This document shows positions 14,501-27,370 of a DNA stretch of 64,000 nt, in pieces. The stretch spans positions 1,610,280 to 1,674,279 of the forward strand of contig NW_002060956.1 of the NCBI RefSeq assembly GCF_000150275.1, in the 5' to 3' direction. The stretch is from Trichoplax adhaerens. Lineage: Eukaryota > Animalia > Placozoa. Each line of letters begins with the position of its first letter. The first letter of the stretch is position 1. The notes under the pieces were generated by a model. That model saw only the letters and a program-made list of their open reading frames with translations, was not told the DNA's origin and searched no databases. The position numbers and the translations under genes are program-made.

Positions 14501-17500
14501 TGTATCGCGATCATCATTTACGTATGCATACTAATATTGGCCAAAATAATTTGACGGTGATTATATGAAATTTATACTTATGATATTGACAAAGTTGGGG
14601 ACCATTGGATGATGGCAAAACTGTTGATGGACCTCGAGAACTTACAAAAGTGTTACTCTATTTTATATTTTAATTTTACCACTGCCTTTTATAGCAGTAA
14701 ATATGGTTGCGAAATCGTTTCTTTAATTAAACTCTACTGTTGATTTACCGAAATATTACAGAAAGCAATATTGGCTGGAGTTACGAATGGGAGGAAAAAG
14801 TTAGGCAACATTTTTGTGGTTGCTGCTGGTAATGGTGGCACTCTGGACGATTGTAATTACGATGGGTTTGCCAACTCAGTATACACGTTGACAATTGGTA
14901 AGAGTGCGTATGCTAAAAATATTCATTACCCACAGATTTTATATTTGCTATTCATTATTTAATATTAGGTGCAGTTACTGAAAATTTAAGTCCAACTCCT
15001 TATTCAGAGCCTTGCTCAGCGATGCATGCCGTTGCTTTTGGTGGTAGCTCCGGTTCAGCAAGTATTGTAAGAAATTATCAATGATATTATACTAATTTTT
15101 ATGTAATAAGTAAATATTCGTCTAGGGTGAATCGAATTCATGCCGTATTTGCCGTTTAATTCTAATAATTTAATTCTGATGATTTTCATTAATTATAGAC
15201 AACAACTGATTGGAAAAGCGATAGGAATTCTGGCTGCACAAGGTCATTTACCGGTACTTCGGCGGCGGCTCCAATGGCCGCTGGGATAGTAGCACTGATG
15301 TTGTCAACAAAGTGCGTTTAAGTGTATTATAGAATGATTGATTACTTGTAATTCGATAAAAAATGCCAGTAAACTTCTAAATACTAAGCCTCGACTGTTA
15401 TTTATTAAAAGTTTTTGCCTGACATGGAGGGATGTCCAATATATAATTGCACTGTCGTCTGTTAAGGTGTTATAAAATATAAGAAAAATACTATGAAACT
15501 CTTGTTAATTGAAATCATTCAAGTCTTATTACACTTTTGACGCTTTTGCTGTTTACAGATTCGAGCTAATGATAATCGCTGGATGACAAATACGGCAGGT
15601 TTCCATCACCACCCTCTCTTCGGATTTGGCTTAATCAGCGCATGGAATGCTGTAAAACTAGCTGCGGTAGTCCTTATGTTCTTTATTCTAATTTTATAGT
15701 TTTACAATATGAATGCACATCATCTGTGGTTGAATTAACGATAAATTTTAAATCTGGACGTAGCTGAAGATTTACGCTTACTCTTGAATGTTGCTTGCTG
15801 CTCTTTCCTGTTTTGTGGTCAAACTCCAAAGCATGAATTGATTAACATAGCTATACTTCCGTTATATATTGTAATTATAGACTTGGGAAAATCTTCCTCC
15901 TTCTCAACAATGGCAATCCGATAATTATATAGGAGATTCGGGCCACGTACTAATTAATAACACCCATACTTCCAGTGTTAATGTTAATTTTACGGGCCTA
16001 GTGTATACCCTTGAGCACGTTGTTGTGTCTGTAAGTGAAAAATATGTCAATGGAAAAATAGTCTCTCCTAACTACAATAATCAGGTAGACTTCCTCAATA
16101 GTTTCCTAACGTATTGTAAATTGTTCTATGCTGATTCTTCTAGGTTCATTTAGAACACTCGTTTAGAGGTAACATAGAGATTTATATACGATGTCCGAGC
16201 GGGATCGAAGCGAAACTTGCAAGTTCTAGGACTACTGATAAGTTCGTACAGTAAACTCATTCTTGATTTTAATAAAATTCAACGTCAAATATTATGATAC
16301 ATTCTGCGCCATTTACTTGTTACCTGATTACGGATTAATAGAAATTTTCATTACATTGATTTTGATACAGTTCCAGGGAAGGATTTAATAATTGGGAGTT
16401 TTCAACTGTTAGATGCTGGGGTGAAAGTCCCTACGGCTTATGGGAACTACGAATAGTAGATACTGGTAAGTAAATCTTAATATCCTGCACTGTTACTGTT
16501 TATAAATGGTAGTACCGTAATGCTGTAGTAATCAGCCATATAATAGTCTACGGAAGTAGCATATTGAGAGAAAACAAAATTTAGATTTATCTCTTACGCT
16601 GATGCAAGTATTATCAGAAACAAACGTAGATGCGTACATTCACTACGGCTTTATACTGCAGTTTTATTTTTATTTTTTAACGTAGCTATTTAGTAGAGCT
16701 TGATTAGGCGGTTATAGCCATTCGCAATTTGAGATTAACTGTAAGCTTGATAAAACTACTGTCGCTTTGAATTAATTAACAAAGTACGGTATTTACTACT
16801 GTTTATATAATATTACACAGGTATACATTTCATCTTATGAGCAACTAATAGCTCACCACTAGTTTAGATGTCCCGTACATTACATTATATTTATTCTGTA
16901 TCAATGCTATGCACTCTCATTGCAATTTAAAAATTTTAGGATCTCGAAAAGATGGCGTGTTAAAGTCATGGTTCCTTAGATTGTTTGGTTCTACAATGCT
17001 GACTTCGGACGTTGCAAGAAAAATAAGGTACAATGACAATGTTAAATTTTTTGAGAAAGTTTATTTTACAAACTTGAATGGCTTACGAGCTTACAAATTT
17101 AGCGTATTGAGTATTCAATTTAAGCTGATATCATAATAAAGTTAAGTACAAATGATCTTTATATATTTTAATATGTAGTGCTAGTGTATCGTTACTATGA
17201 AAACATGGAGTTATTGTTAACTTTTTACGGCGCAGTGCAGAGTAGCAATTTTCACTACTAAAGGAGTATAACTCATTAATTAATTGCAGTAACCACAGCA
17301 TGTTACGGTGCTACATGTAGTTCTGCTGATTGGTAATCTCGGCCTATAATTTAATTACTTGCCCTTGTAATGCAGGATTGCTCAAGAGGTATCCACATCG
17401 GATAGTTTGCAATTTAATTCTGAGTGTCCACTAAATCCGAGAAATGTAACTGACGGTGCAGAGACGAGTATTTATCAGGTAATTTATAACTAGTCTTGAG

Positions 17501-17698
17501 CAACTGACATTTCCGCTGCTCACTCCGCATCTAAATTTTATGTAAGCTATTTATACTGTATGTAAGCACAAACTCGCTAAATATTAACGTAAAATTAAAC
17601 CTTGATTTTAATGTGATTTGTAGGGAAATCCTCTTAATCTAATGTGCATTGTGGTATCGTACTTGCTGTCACGCTTCGTCGCCGATTCTTATTATTGA
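11510..17698 (+). CDS. PCSK7: Proprotein convertase subtilisin/kexin type 7-like (S8B), 18 exons
   Basis: Exons 11510-11914, 12517-12613, 13228-13265, 13693-13781, 13904-13977, 14316-14406, 14595-14649, 14762-14897, 14969-15066, 15199-15311, 15412-15466, 15559-15666, 15881-16030, 16144-16241, 16371-16465, 16940-17027, 17376-17478, 17624-17698. Signal peptide; prodomain cleavage site RHKR; catalytic Asp (VAIIDDG), His (HGTRCAG), oxyanion Asn (AAGNGG) and Ser (FTGTSAAAP); [30 protein letters not shown] and P-domain FSTVRCWGE point to PC7. The last two exons are less certain. Confidence 0.9.
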
Positions 17699-18236
17699 TA
17701 TTCGAATAAAGAATCGCCATCATAATTTAATCATTTATTGTAAAGAATTGATTAATATTTATCATGTTACACAAATTCTTAAACTCAAGACTAATAAAGA
17801 TTAATAGTAATTTAACCCTGCACTATAAAAGTTATGTACCAACGAATAATTAATCTAAAACGTAAACCTGATACATAAAAACACGTATAGCGTTATAAAG
17901 CTAATGTATTATAATAGGTAATAAACAGCAACCTGAATAAAATTTATTACAAATAAACTTTGCAATATATAAAAACTATAGTCACTTCTACTAGCTACAT
18001 TTAGCCGGATGACCAAGATTAGATCAAAAACTCCCAAGAAAATTAATAGCAAACTATGAGATGCGAATAGCCATGTAAGTCAGTATCTACGACACGATAC
18101 AATACTCGACATACATCGAAGAGTACATGCTAAAACTAAATTTCACTACATCCGTTTGCCTTAACATTACGCAAGCAAAGCGGGCAAAGTACTTTAATAA
18201 TAAATGTCTCTTTACGACATCAACAGGCTTTCCTTT

Positions 18237-21200
18237 TTATCTGGGTATAGGCCTTGATTTAGTCTTATTACTTGTCCGTTTCATAGCTCTATGGTCGGCT
18301 AATGACGCTGGCCTATGTCGCAAATTCCAGCACGTTTTGCAATAATATGCCCAACATAAACTATCGCGGCAAAAGTATGGGCCTGGGGCTTTATGACATT
18401 GAGTGCACATAGCATCTCGCAAATAAGGATCCAGTTGTATCTACATACATAGAGCATTAAATCACTTCAAGAAATACATCATAAGGTTTCAAAATAAACG
18501 TTCCTAGTGATCGTTATTAGGTTAAAAGTACCGTACATACCCGTTTTTTAAACTTTTTAGTTCGTATTTCTACAAAAGCAGCATTTACGGCTTTGATGTA
18601 GGATTTACGATTACTGAAGATCACCCGACCAGAACCTAAAATCATTAATATTTCGTAATTATTGCAGCGGTATAAATTAACATTTTGATTTAATTTTTTG
18701 TTTTTTAAAGCTACCACCTATTGGGTATTTATATTGGTCAGTATCTATGCCAGCATAGACAACTCCGCCAAACAGATCATCCATGATGTGCATAAGACCG
18801 TCTGTAAGAAAATAAAAAATTAAAGGTTTGCCAGCCTTGGATATTGCTATTCGAAGTTCACTTTGTAATATATATTGAGTTAACCAATAGTGGGAAGAGG
18901 TTCCCCACAGCAAGCAGGGATCTATTTTTATGCGATTCTACATGTAGGGCAGATAAAGTTAAGAAGTTACCTGCATTCAACATGCCATGTAATCCACCGA
19001 CAAATATCGTTTTATCTATATCCAGTCGGGAACTTGCTATTCTTAATGCATTGCTATCATTCAATGCCCAAGGGATTACTTGCACTTCTTTGCTTTTTCG
19101 TTGTCTACTGGATACCAGTTGATAATATTTATCATCTGAGCGCGAGCAGTTTTGAAGTAACTTCTTAACAGACTCGCTCGAGTTAAAAATCAGGTAGACA
19201 TACCCTAAGTTCAGTCAAATGCGCGATTATTAATTTTTTAGATACTTTCACCTTGTAAATCATGTCATGAGAGTCTAAAAATATAAACCTTTCGGAGGAT
19301 GTTTGGAATGGTCGCAATCTTTGCCCGGCCATTCGACTGTAACATTACCGTAGGTTCCAAACGAGGCCAACAATTCAACTATTTTAATAAAGTAATAAGG
19401 TTAAGAGCAATATTTCTTGAAAGGAAATGGATCATAGACAATTTGAACTTTTAAACAATGGACTATACCACTCAAGGGACACAAAATTTTTTTTAAGCGG
19501 TAATCATCAACACCTTAATTTAAGGTTTCAAGCAGAGAAACCTGCAGTTTTGTTGTCTGATAACTACTATTAAGCGTAAATTAAATCAGTCTTTGCACAC
19601 CTTCTGTAATATCCCAGGGCACCCCACCAATGAAAACCTTAACGGAGTATTCTGGCTCGATAAGAATTTTTCTAGGTAAACTACCGTGCCAAGTGATCTT
19701 AGGGTCGCATGATTCTAAAAAGATTACGTTGTATAGCATTAGATCAACCACGACTGCTAATCATGGGTACTCTTACTAATTAAAAACACAATATCTTTCA
19801 TTGTACTTGGCGACGATATATTGATTTATACATTAATGCATGGCATGTATGCATAAAAATATAGTGTAAAGTAACAAAATTTGGTAGGGTTGACAATTTT
19901 TACAGTATATTAAAACTTTGAATCATTTCCTAATATGGTACAAGTGCACCGAGGATAATTGCTAAATCTTGACTAGACTCTACGTTTATAAAATTAATTA
20001 ATTAAGTTCATTCTTACGCGCTAATCCTTTGCCACCTTGCCTTGAAGGATCATCTCGTAACTTCGGTGAGGATTCACTGCAAAAGCCACGGGTAATAGCT
20101 GAACTCCAGCCACCAGTGGCTGTCATAAATTGTATAAGGAAGGAATAAAGCAGTTAGGAAAAATTTTTTATAAATACTTTAATTAACAAGGTCGAATTTT
20201 CGTGATGGAATTTATATTGACCGAGTTTTCATACTTTACAGAAATGAATACTCACGGTGAAATTCGAGAATATTATTTTCAGTACTGCCAAATCCATTCT
20301 GATAGTTAACCAAGTCAGTTGAAGTGAAACTTAAATTTCTTTGAAGCTGAAATTAAATATATTAAATTATAATCAAAAGAGAAGTTTTGATAAAAAGCAT
20401 ATGAACAAATTTGTAGTACCGGTATTTATATTTGTATATATATATATGGACAAGTACATGGACATATATATATATATATATACTATACTCGACGTGATAA
20501 CTGAAGTGAAAAATAAGGCCAATAAATACCAGACATTTTCAAAGCGTTTAAAAAAAGATGAAAAAATTTATTAAAAATATTTCATTAATAACTTTTATAC
20601 TTTGTGCGAAGGCCATGCTCCTTCGATCATTGGTTCCACATTATGCTGATTAAGCCAGGGATGAAGAGTAAGTTGTTGAGTTTGATGGTTATTATTACTG
20701 GTCGAGTGACTTCCATTGCTGTCAATTCTCAGGAAATCACTTGAATGCACAGAATGTGCAGAATTCGCAGCTATTTTGTTCATACCGGAAAATATTAAAT
20801 GGACGGAAACAATAAGAGATGAAGTTGTTAGAAATGAGAATTTCAAAAGAGGTTTCATTAGATATATGCGTCAAACTCAATTCGCAGTTCCACCGTGTGA
20901 TGTACTGCAATATGCAGCAGTTGATATTACTTTTTATTCTGGGTACCTACCTGCAATTCTTCCATCTCCTATGGGAGAAATCAATTTTAGCGCTCTTTGA
21001 AAAGGGCTTTCATTGCTGTCTCGACTTTCAAAACTCTAAGAATGAAGTGACAAGTGCAAAGAAGAAAACAAATTAGATCGCGCCTACAGTTATTTCTGGC
21101 TTCATTTTGGATATCTAACACAAGAATAGGCTTTTAACAATGTCACAAAAAATTTTTACAGGACGTCCATGAGAAAATGAACAGTCCATATACAGTCATT

Positions 21201-21604
21201 GTAAATACAATACTTTCTAATGTCGCAAGCGCATCGAGTCCAAAACATTTGTATCCATTTCAACAGCATACCGTTCATTTCTGAATCATTGAAGGAAACT
21301 AAGCCCTTGAATAAAGCATTTAATGCTCTAAACTTGTGCGGACTATCATTTCAAACTGTTACGTGATCTACGAGACTGTGGAAATAGCTAGCACTAAACA
21401 AGTCTCTCCAACCAATCACTGGCTAAAGATAAAAAAGTCTGCAGGTTTTGTAAACTACTGTGAATTTCAGCATTTCGTTGCAGTGAAAAAATACAGACAT
21501 AACCAAATAGTCAAATGTACCATGGTATCATCATTCAATGATTAGGCGGTGAGATCAATTCATGAAGTTTTATTACAATTTACGAATCTAACCTCAGAAT
21601 GCAT
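18237..21604 (-). CDS. CPEB1: Cytoplasmic polyadenylation element-binding protein, CPEB1/Orb subfamily
   Basis: Exons 20951-21035, 20601-20770, 20256-20346, 20018-20119, 19601-19714, 19289-19378, 18971-19204, 18718-18801, 18541-18635, 18237-18440; the first coding exon 21593-21604 (MHSE) is tentative. RRM1 [33 protein letters not shown]; RRM2 [41 protein letters not shown]; ZZ-type zinc domain [23 protein letters not shown]...H. Confidence 0.93.
20434..20482. repeat. Interrupted (TA)n microsatellite in a CPEB1 intron
   Basis: gtatatatatatatg...catatatatatatatatata. Confidence 0.8.
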
Positions 21605-22520
21605 AGCGGAAGGGATCTTAGTGTAAAAAGAAACCAACTCACACCAAACAAATCTTTCCAAAAAATGGAGACTCAAGTTGAGGACGAACGGTTAAGTACA
21701 GTATTGTCAGTCGTGTAAGATCCGAATGACGCACTTTCCTTTCAGTCTTGCGTGTATCCGTACAATTGCACCTTCAAGTAGGCTCCAATACGGTACGATA
21801 CCGTTGTGAGGCAACAACTGATGCGATTGTTATGTGTTCAGATTTCGGACGTAAATAATAAATACCTAATCAAATATTCAGTCAATCCTGTAACTTTGCC
21901 AGCAAATAAAACTCGACTCTTGCAGATATGTAGTTTTTGTATGGTGCGCTAGGAGCCCACAGGAACAGTAGCACTATACTGTACTGTTTGTACTCTAAAT
22001 GTGGCGCAGTACTCTACTCTGTCAGGTACTGTACCAACCAGCCAGGCAATCAGAATTGGAGTTTTATCTTTCTTGAAGGCGTGTTGGAGATTCTTATATA
22101 GCAATTTCTTGAGTCACTACTTTTATACAGGATCATGTGCCTAGGAGATCATGGGAATGCGTCCATATGATTGGATAAATTGACAGCACGTGTCAGACTT
22201 GGTACAGTACATATCATTCCAGCTTGCAGTCGAAATGTCGAAGCGTTGAAACGATAACTACAGTATCAGCAATTCAGCATATTGAAAAATGAATTTTGAA
22301 TTTGATTGACAGATAATATGATTTTTGGGGAAGTGAAAAATTCATTGCATCCCTATTACATCGTTAATAATTTTACTTAACTTAAAAGGAATTTCAATAA
22401 CCAATGAAAGCTGTGATCACTGAAGTAGTTGATGAAGATACGTCGATAAAATGGACATCGATTTTTAGCGCTTTCGCGTTCGTGGCGAAACTCAAAAAAT
22501 GGGAGCGCACAAACCTTCGG

Positions 22521-22575
22521 TACTATACTCTGTACTCTACTGTACTGTACTATACTGTACACTACAGCACTGTCA
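22521..22575. promoter_or_regulatory. GTAC-rich tract upstream of CPEB1 (a second one lies at ~21975-22034)
   Basis: tactatactctgtactctactgtactgtactatactgtacactacagcactgtc, flanked by CpG-richer sequence. A regulatory role is inferred from position only. Confidence 0.4.
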
Positions 22576-24180
22576 AACTGTGCGACTCTCGTCATGCGCC
22601 ATTCAGCCCAGCAGCCGTTCTGTACTCTGCGCATTTAAAATGACATTAGCAGCTTACGGCTAAAATGAAATGAAAAATTAATTGGTCTGGTAGAGTACAG
22701 TAAGAGAGAAGTAATCCCTCCTTTTAGCTTACTTGTATACCAAACGGAAGTGTTCTGTCAAACGCAAATTTTGCAGTCTGACTCTGCCCTGAAAGTTTCA
22801 TTGCAATATGCTTTTTATCTTCTACGGTTTAAACCTTAAACCTTACCATAGTGCCTGTAACCAGTAATGTCGGTATTGAACTTCATTCCGAATCGGAGCC
22901 TTTCCGGTGCATTATACTGTACTTTGATACATTGCCGTTCACTTCAAGTACAAAATGATAATGATAATATTATATATCATTAATATACTGTACAGCAGTA
23001 CTTGAATTAAGTTGCGTAATATATCATCAATGTAATGTATAGCGTGCATTTCCGTGCGATATCTTACACCTTGCATGACCTATGACGGTTGCTGATGTTT
23101 ATTTAATTAATTGAATTTCATTTATTTATTTTATTTAGGGTTGCCAGTTACCATATCATTTTATTAGACTGACATAAGGAAATACAGTCATGAAAAATTT
23201 GAAACCCGTTATTAGTAGGCTACGGTAAATCAAAACAATCAGTTATACGCGACACTTGTAGCTATGTTTATTAATTTTTGCTATGCATTACGATACGAAT
23301 ACTCAACTGTATCGAGCTACCAAAGGCCTCATTTAAATTAAGTGAAGGGAAAATCGAGGATTTTAATTCATCAGTCATTATTGCAGTTAATTATACCCTA
23401 AACATGTCATTAAAATTATGACCGAAAAATTATAATATGACAGTTCATAATGGTCTAATTGTAGTTTTAATGAATGTCTTTTATTTTGGATAGGATCCGC
23501 TAAGTTAAAATAGATGCGACGTTATTTTGTAGCAAATTTAGAGGTAAACCTCTATGGTATCAAGTTTAAACTATAAGGACTCAGTACAGATTCAATGCCG
23601 AAGTGAATACTATACGATAGCTGTTGTGCGGTACGAAACCGAAAACTTGAAAGGTATTTTATGCTTGCTTTTCATCGTAAGCTATTAAGGTACGAAGTCC
23701 AAAGCACCTTCCTGCTATAGTTTGCAAGTATAGCGATATGTAAAGACCTATTGTTTTGTTTACAGCATATGAAAAAAGAAATTAATCTCACACAATAACA
23801 TACTACGCTGCATTTATTATGGATATTATATTATTTATTTAGCAAATCTAAGGCAACTTAATTTGTTTTCTGATTATTTAAATTAATTGATAATACTTGC
23901 ACAATTCACCCGCTACAACAATTAGTGTTAATAAGAAGTGAAATCTTGAATTCAGGCTGAAGGAAGCTCGGAGTGAACCTTTGCTCACGATTTCTAAAAA
24001 GTGTGATTTGTGCCAATACCGCACAGCTTAATCTACTGTACTACAAATGGATCAAGGAGCGCAGCGCAATTCTACTAGTTACCTACTACGCATAACCCTT
24101 AAATCTTAACACTAGTATTTGATCAATCGGAACGATGATTGTAGTAATTAGAAATGGTATACATAATTATACGTTACTAC

Positions 24181-27100
24181 TTAAGAGCACGTTTCCTTTC
24201 TAATGTGTAATTCCAAGTTTTCATACACACTATCGTTATCTTCGTCTTCTTTACAAGATAGACCATTATTATAAGTACCATATTCTACTTTTTCAGCTTC
24301 GCCGTTGCCTGTCATGGTAGCACTGGTCTCTTCAGTTCTTAGCTGAAACGTAAGACGTAAACGTAAATTTTTATTACATAAATTTTCTGAAAGAAATACT
24401 CTGTGATGAAATATTGACTTAAGATAATAAATAGCAAATTAACTTTACTAACCAAGTAATAAATGACCGCTATAATACTCATTAAAGTTCCAAGGGCCAG
24501 CATTGTTAACAAAACTATCGTCCATAATCTGCTACCGCTATTTGCTTTTGCTTCTATGTTTGAGAATACTGTTAAAACCTATGAAAGGTAAAGATGAAAA
24601 TGTCAAAGAAATGGTCCTGCTAAATACGAATATGAATGCTTTTAATAATAATAACGTAAACACATGATCACTTATCAACTAACTAGCAGTTCATATGATG
24701 TTTACATTGTATGCAATTGTACAGCAAAATCGATGTCAGACTTATTGATCATTGATACATATATACAGTGCGGTAAACGTTTCGAAACTGCAGCAATCTG
24801 CATTACATCAAATGATGAACGATACACTTTTAATTTTGTTAAAAGACTTTTTCAACTGCAGTACAGTTATGGACTAGTAGAAGAAGGTTTTCTTCTACTA
24901 GTCCATGTTACAATGTAGAGTAAAAGTACGAATTCAGTATATCACAGTGAAACACATTACGTGATACCAACTACCGTACTGTGGTACTACCGATTTACGT
25001 GTATTGTAATCTAAACATTCATGATTCAGTCATCACCAATTCATAACGACATTTCCAATTCGACCATTACTACACTTAACTGTTGCAGTAGTAAAGGTTG
25101 ATGGGATTCTACAGGGATTGCAGTAAAACAACTTGAGTTTTTTCGAGAGAAGAAACTAAAGTAATTAGTAATTTTATGCTGTACTACTGAATGAATTCCC
25201 GAATACAGCAAGAACTTTATAATTGACTAAATGAACTTAGGTTGTAGATCAGTTCCCCATTCATGTGCTTATTCTAACGTTGATGTTTTAAAACGTTATT
25301 TATATCGCCGATATAATTTTATTGATTATTTAACCGAAGACATTTACTCCGTAGAGAACTTTTATAGGATACAGTACCGTACTTGGAGTTTGTGGCAGTA
25401 CTAAGCTGAATTTTCCTTCGATTGAATTGACTAATTATAATTAGGTTTATCATTATTGATCGGTTTCATGAGTAAGCCTCTATAAATATTTGATGTCTTT
25501 CTTATTAAGATTGTTGGGGGCCATTTACCTTGGTATTTTGGCCCAACTCGATAAATTTAAAAAGAATTTATTCGAAAACAACTTATGGAGGTGGGAATTG
25601 CGTATATATATCTGTTTTAGAATTACTTCAATTATTGTATGCGCTTCTACAGTACTGTACAATACAAGTACCGAGCACTGTACTGTAAGTCTCTGTAAGT
25701 GTACTGTACTGTACTGTACTGTACAGTAAGTCAGCGTTACTGCGGTAAAGTAAGTACTGTAAGTGTACTATACTGTACACTGTACACTTGTACAGTACAA
25801 ACGTGTGCTGCACGGTATTGTTTGGTGCTGAAAGCTCGTCCACCGCTAAATAAAGAGCGTTTACTTGCAGTGCTGTGAATTCATCATGATGGCCACAGGA
25901 AACTGTAAATTGTGAATGATTCATTGATTAATTATTAATTACTATCCGTACGTACAATGTCAGAGTATGGACATGATTCATTCACAATTGAGAAATTGCC
26001 AATGGATAAGTCTGTGCTAGAGGCGGAGGAACTCAATTATAATGTACTGTGCTGTACTCTAGCGGCACTGATTGTGTACTTTACAAACTTAGCATCAGCT
26101 GTGATAGATCAAGGTTGACTGATGAAAAAATACGCACTGGTAAATACCACCGAATCGCATTTTTCATCGTGATAACAACTACAGCTTAAAATATCATAAT
26201 TTAGGAATTCAGATCATTCATCGGCAGATGAATTTGTTATGGTAGCGCGTTTTGAGGGAGGATTGATGCTCTAAATGCGCAGAGTGCGTTATTAAACAGT
26301 CAAAACTGGAATTTATTTCTGTGTTACGATGTCATTATTTATGAAATCAATAGACTAAGGTACGTATTTTGAGTATAACGTAATTTTTATGGGCTCTGCA
26401 GGCAAAGCAAAAGTATGGTAGTATATACAAATCCATAATCAGCAGATTCAGGATCATGAGTTAAATAAAGGCTAAGTATGGATAACTCACTCGCTGACTT
26501 CGTTATGACCATAACAGTTGGCATTAGTATTTGCAAAATATTAAAAGGGAGGGATTTCTTAAATGATTACTTATCGAAATGGTTTTAAATCAGTTACGAA
26601 AATCGGCAACTGCATATTTGATATTTTAAAATTGAACTTTGTAGTTGCCTTGTTTAGTAACTACCTTAACCCAGAATCTATGTGATGGTATTAGGGATTA
26701 TTATCAGTAATAACTGTAAGTAGATTAAATTTAAACGTATCCATCCATATCTATCAAGCCACTAGCTTTATAATATGATGTACTGTACGTATTTGACGGC
26801 CAATCAAATAGTGCATCGCCTAATGAAATACACGATGCATCAAAATTTACTATTGACATTTAGGTACATCGGTCGATGGTTCGTTCGGTTTACTTGCTAT
26901 TTTATATTCGTACCTTGCCGACAAAGGGTGTACCCAAAAATTTTCCTACCGCTTCCGGCCCCATTTTAAGTAATTGCTCTCCTGCTGCCACTGTTAAACC
27001 ATCACTTCTAATATTGACCCAGTTGTTAACATGCCAAGTAACCATGGTTTTATTGGAATCTTTTTGCCCGGTTATCTTATCGATCTTTATTTGATAGTTT

Positions 27101-27370
27101 TCAATTGGATTGGTGCTGCTTTGAAAGAAAAGTTTCGTCAACTTGACAACGAATTTGGACCTCGATTTGTTAAATTGATCTGGACCGATTCCAATATCAA
27201 ACATGACAACTGCTCTTTTATACTCCTAAATATATTTCGAGATATTTTTAAAGAAAATATCTAAAATAACTTTAATTGGATAAAATTACGACACTTACCT
27301 CTGCAACTATCGTTACCGCAGCTGTTAGTTCAGATAAGGTATAGAATTCCATCGTACGGTTAGTCATCAT
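24181..27370 (-). CDS. ~223-aa single-pass membrane protein: SEA-like ectodomain, TM helix, Tyr-motif tail; resembles the KIAA1549/UPF0606 juxtamembrane region
   Basis: Exons 27299-27370, 26914-27225, 24453-24578, 24181-24342, all phase 0 GT-AG. Spliced: MMTNRTMEFYTLSELTAAVTIVAE-EYKRAVVMFDIGIGPDQF...QLLKMGPEAVGKFLGTPFVGK-VLTVFSNIEAKANSGSRLWTIVLLTMLALGTLMSIIAVIYYL-LRTEETS...VEYGTYNNGL...DSVYENLELHIRKETCS*. The gene structure is well supported; the family call rests on recalled similarity. Confidence 0.7.
25651..25800. repeat. (GTACT)n / GTAC-rich low-complexity tract inside the 2.3-kb intron of the membrane-protein gene
   Basis: gtactgtactgtactgtactgtacagtaag at 25701-25730 plus flanking tactgtacac and tgtacagtac words. 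Confidence 0.75.

Noticed and set aside
20771-20790. Apparent non-canonical CG splice acceptor in CPEB1
   Set aside because: A canonical in-frame TAG acceptor at 20771-20773 explains the junction.
21272-21534. Additional N-terminal CPEB1 coding exons (21521-21534, 21272-21342)
   Set aside because: The phase of 21272-21342 does not match the phase-0 acceptor at 21035; these are UTR exons or noise, so the N-terminus is left tentative.
22377-25924. Short Cys/Thr/Val/Tyr-rich ORFs at 22377-22643 and 25490-25924 (also 3135-3350 and 39777-40207)
   Set aside because: They are by-products of GTAC low-complexity tracts, which are poor in stop codons.
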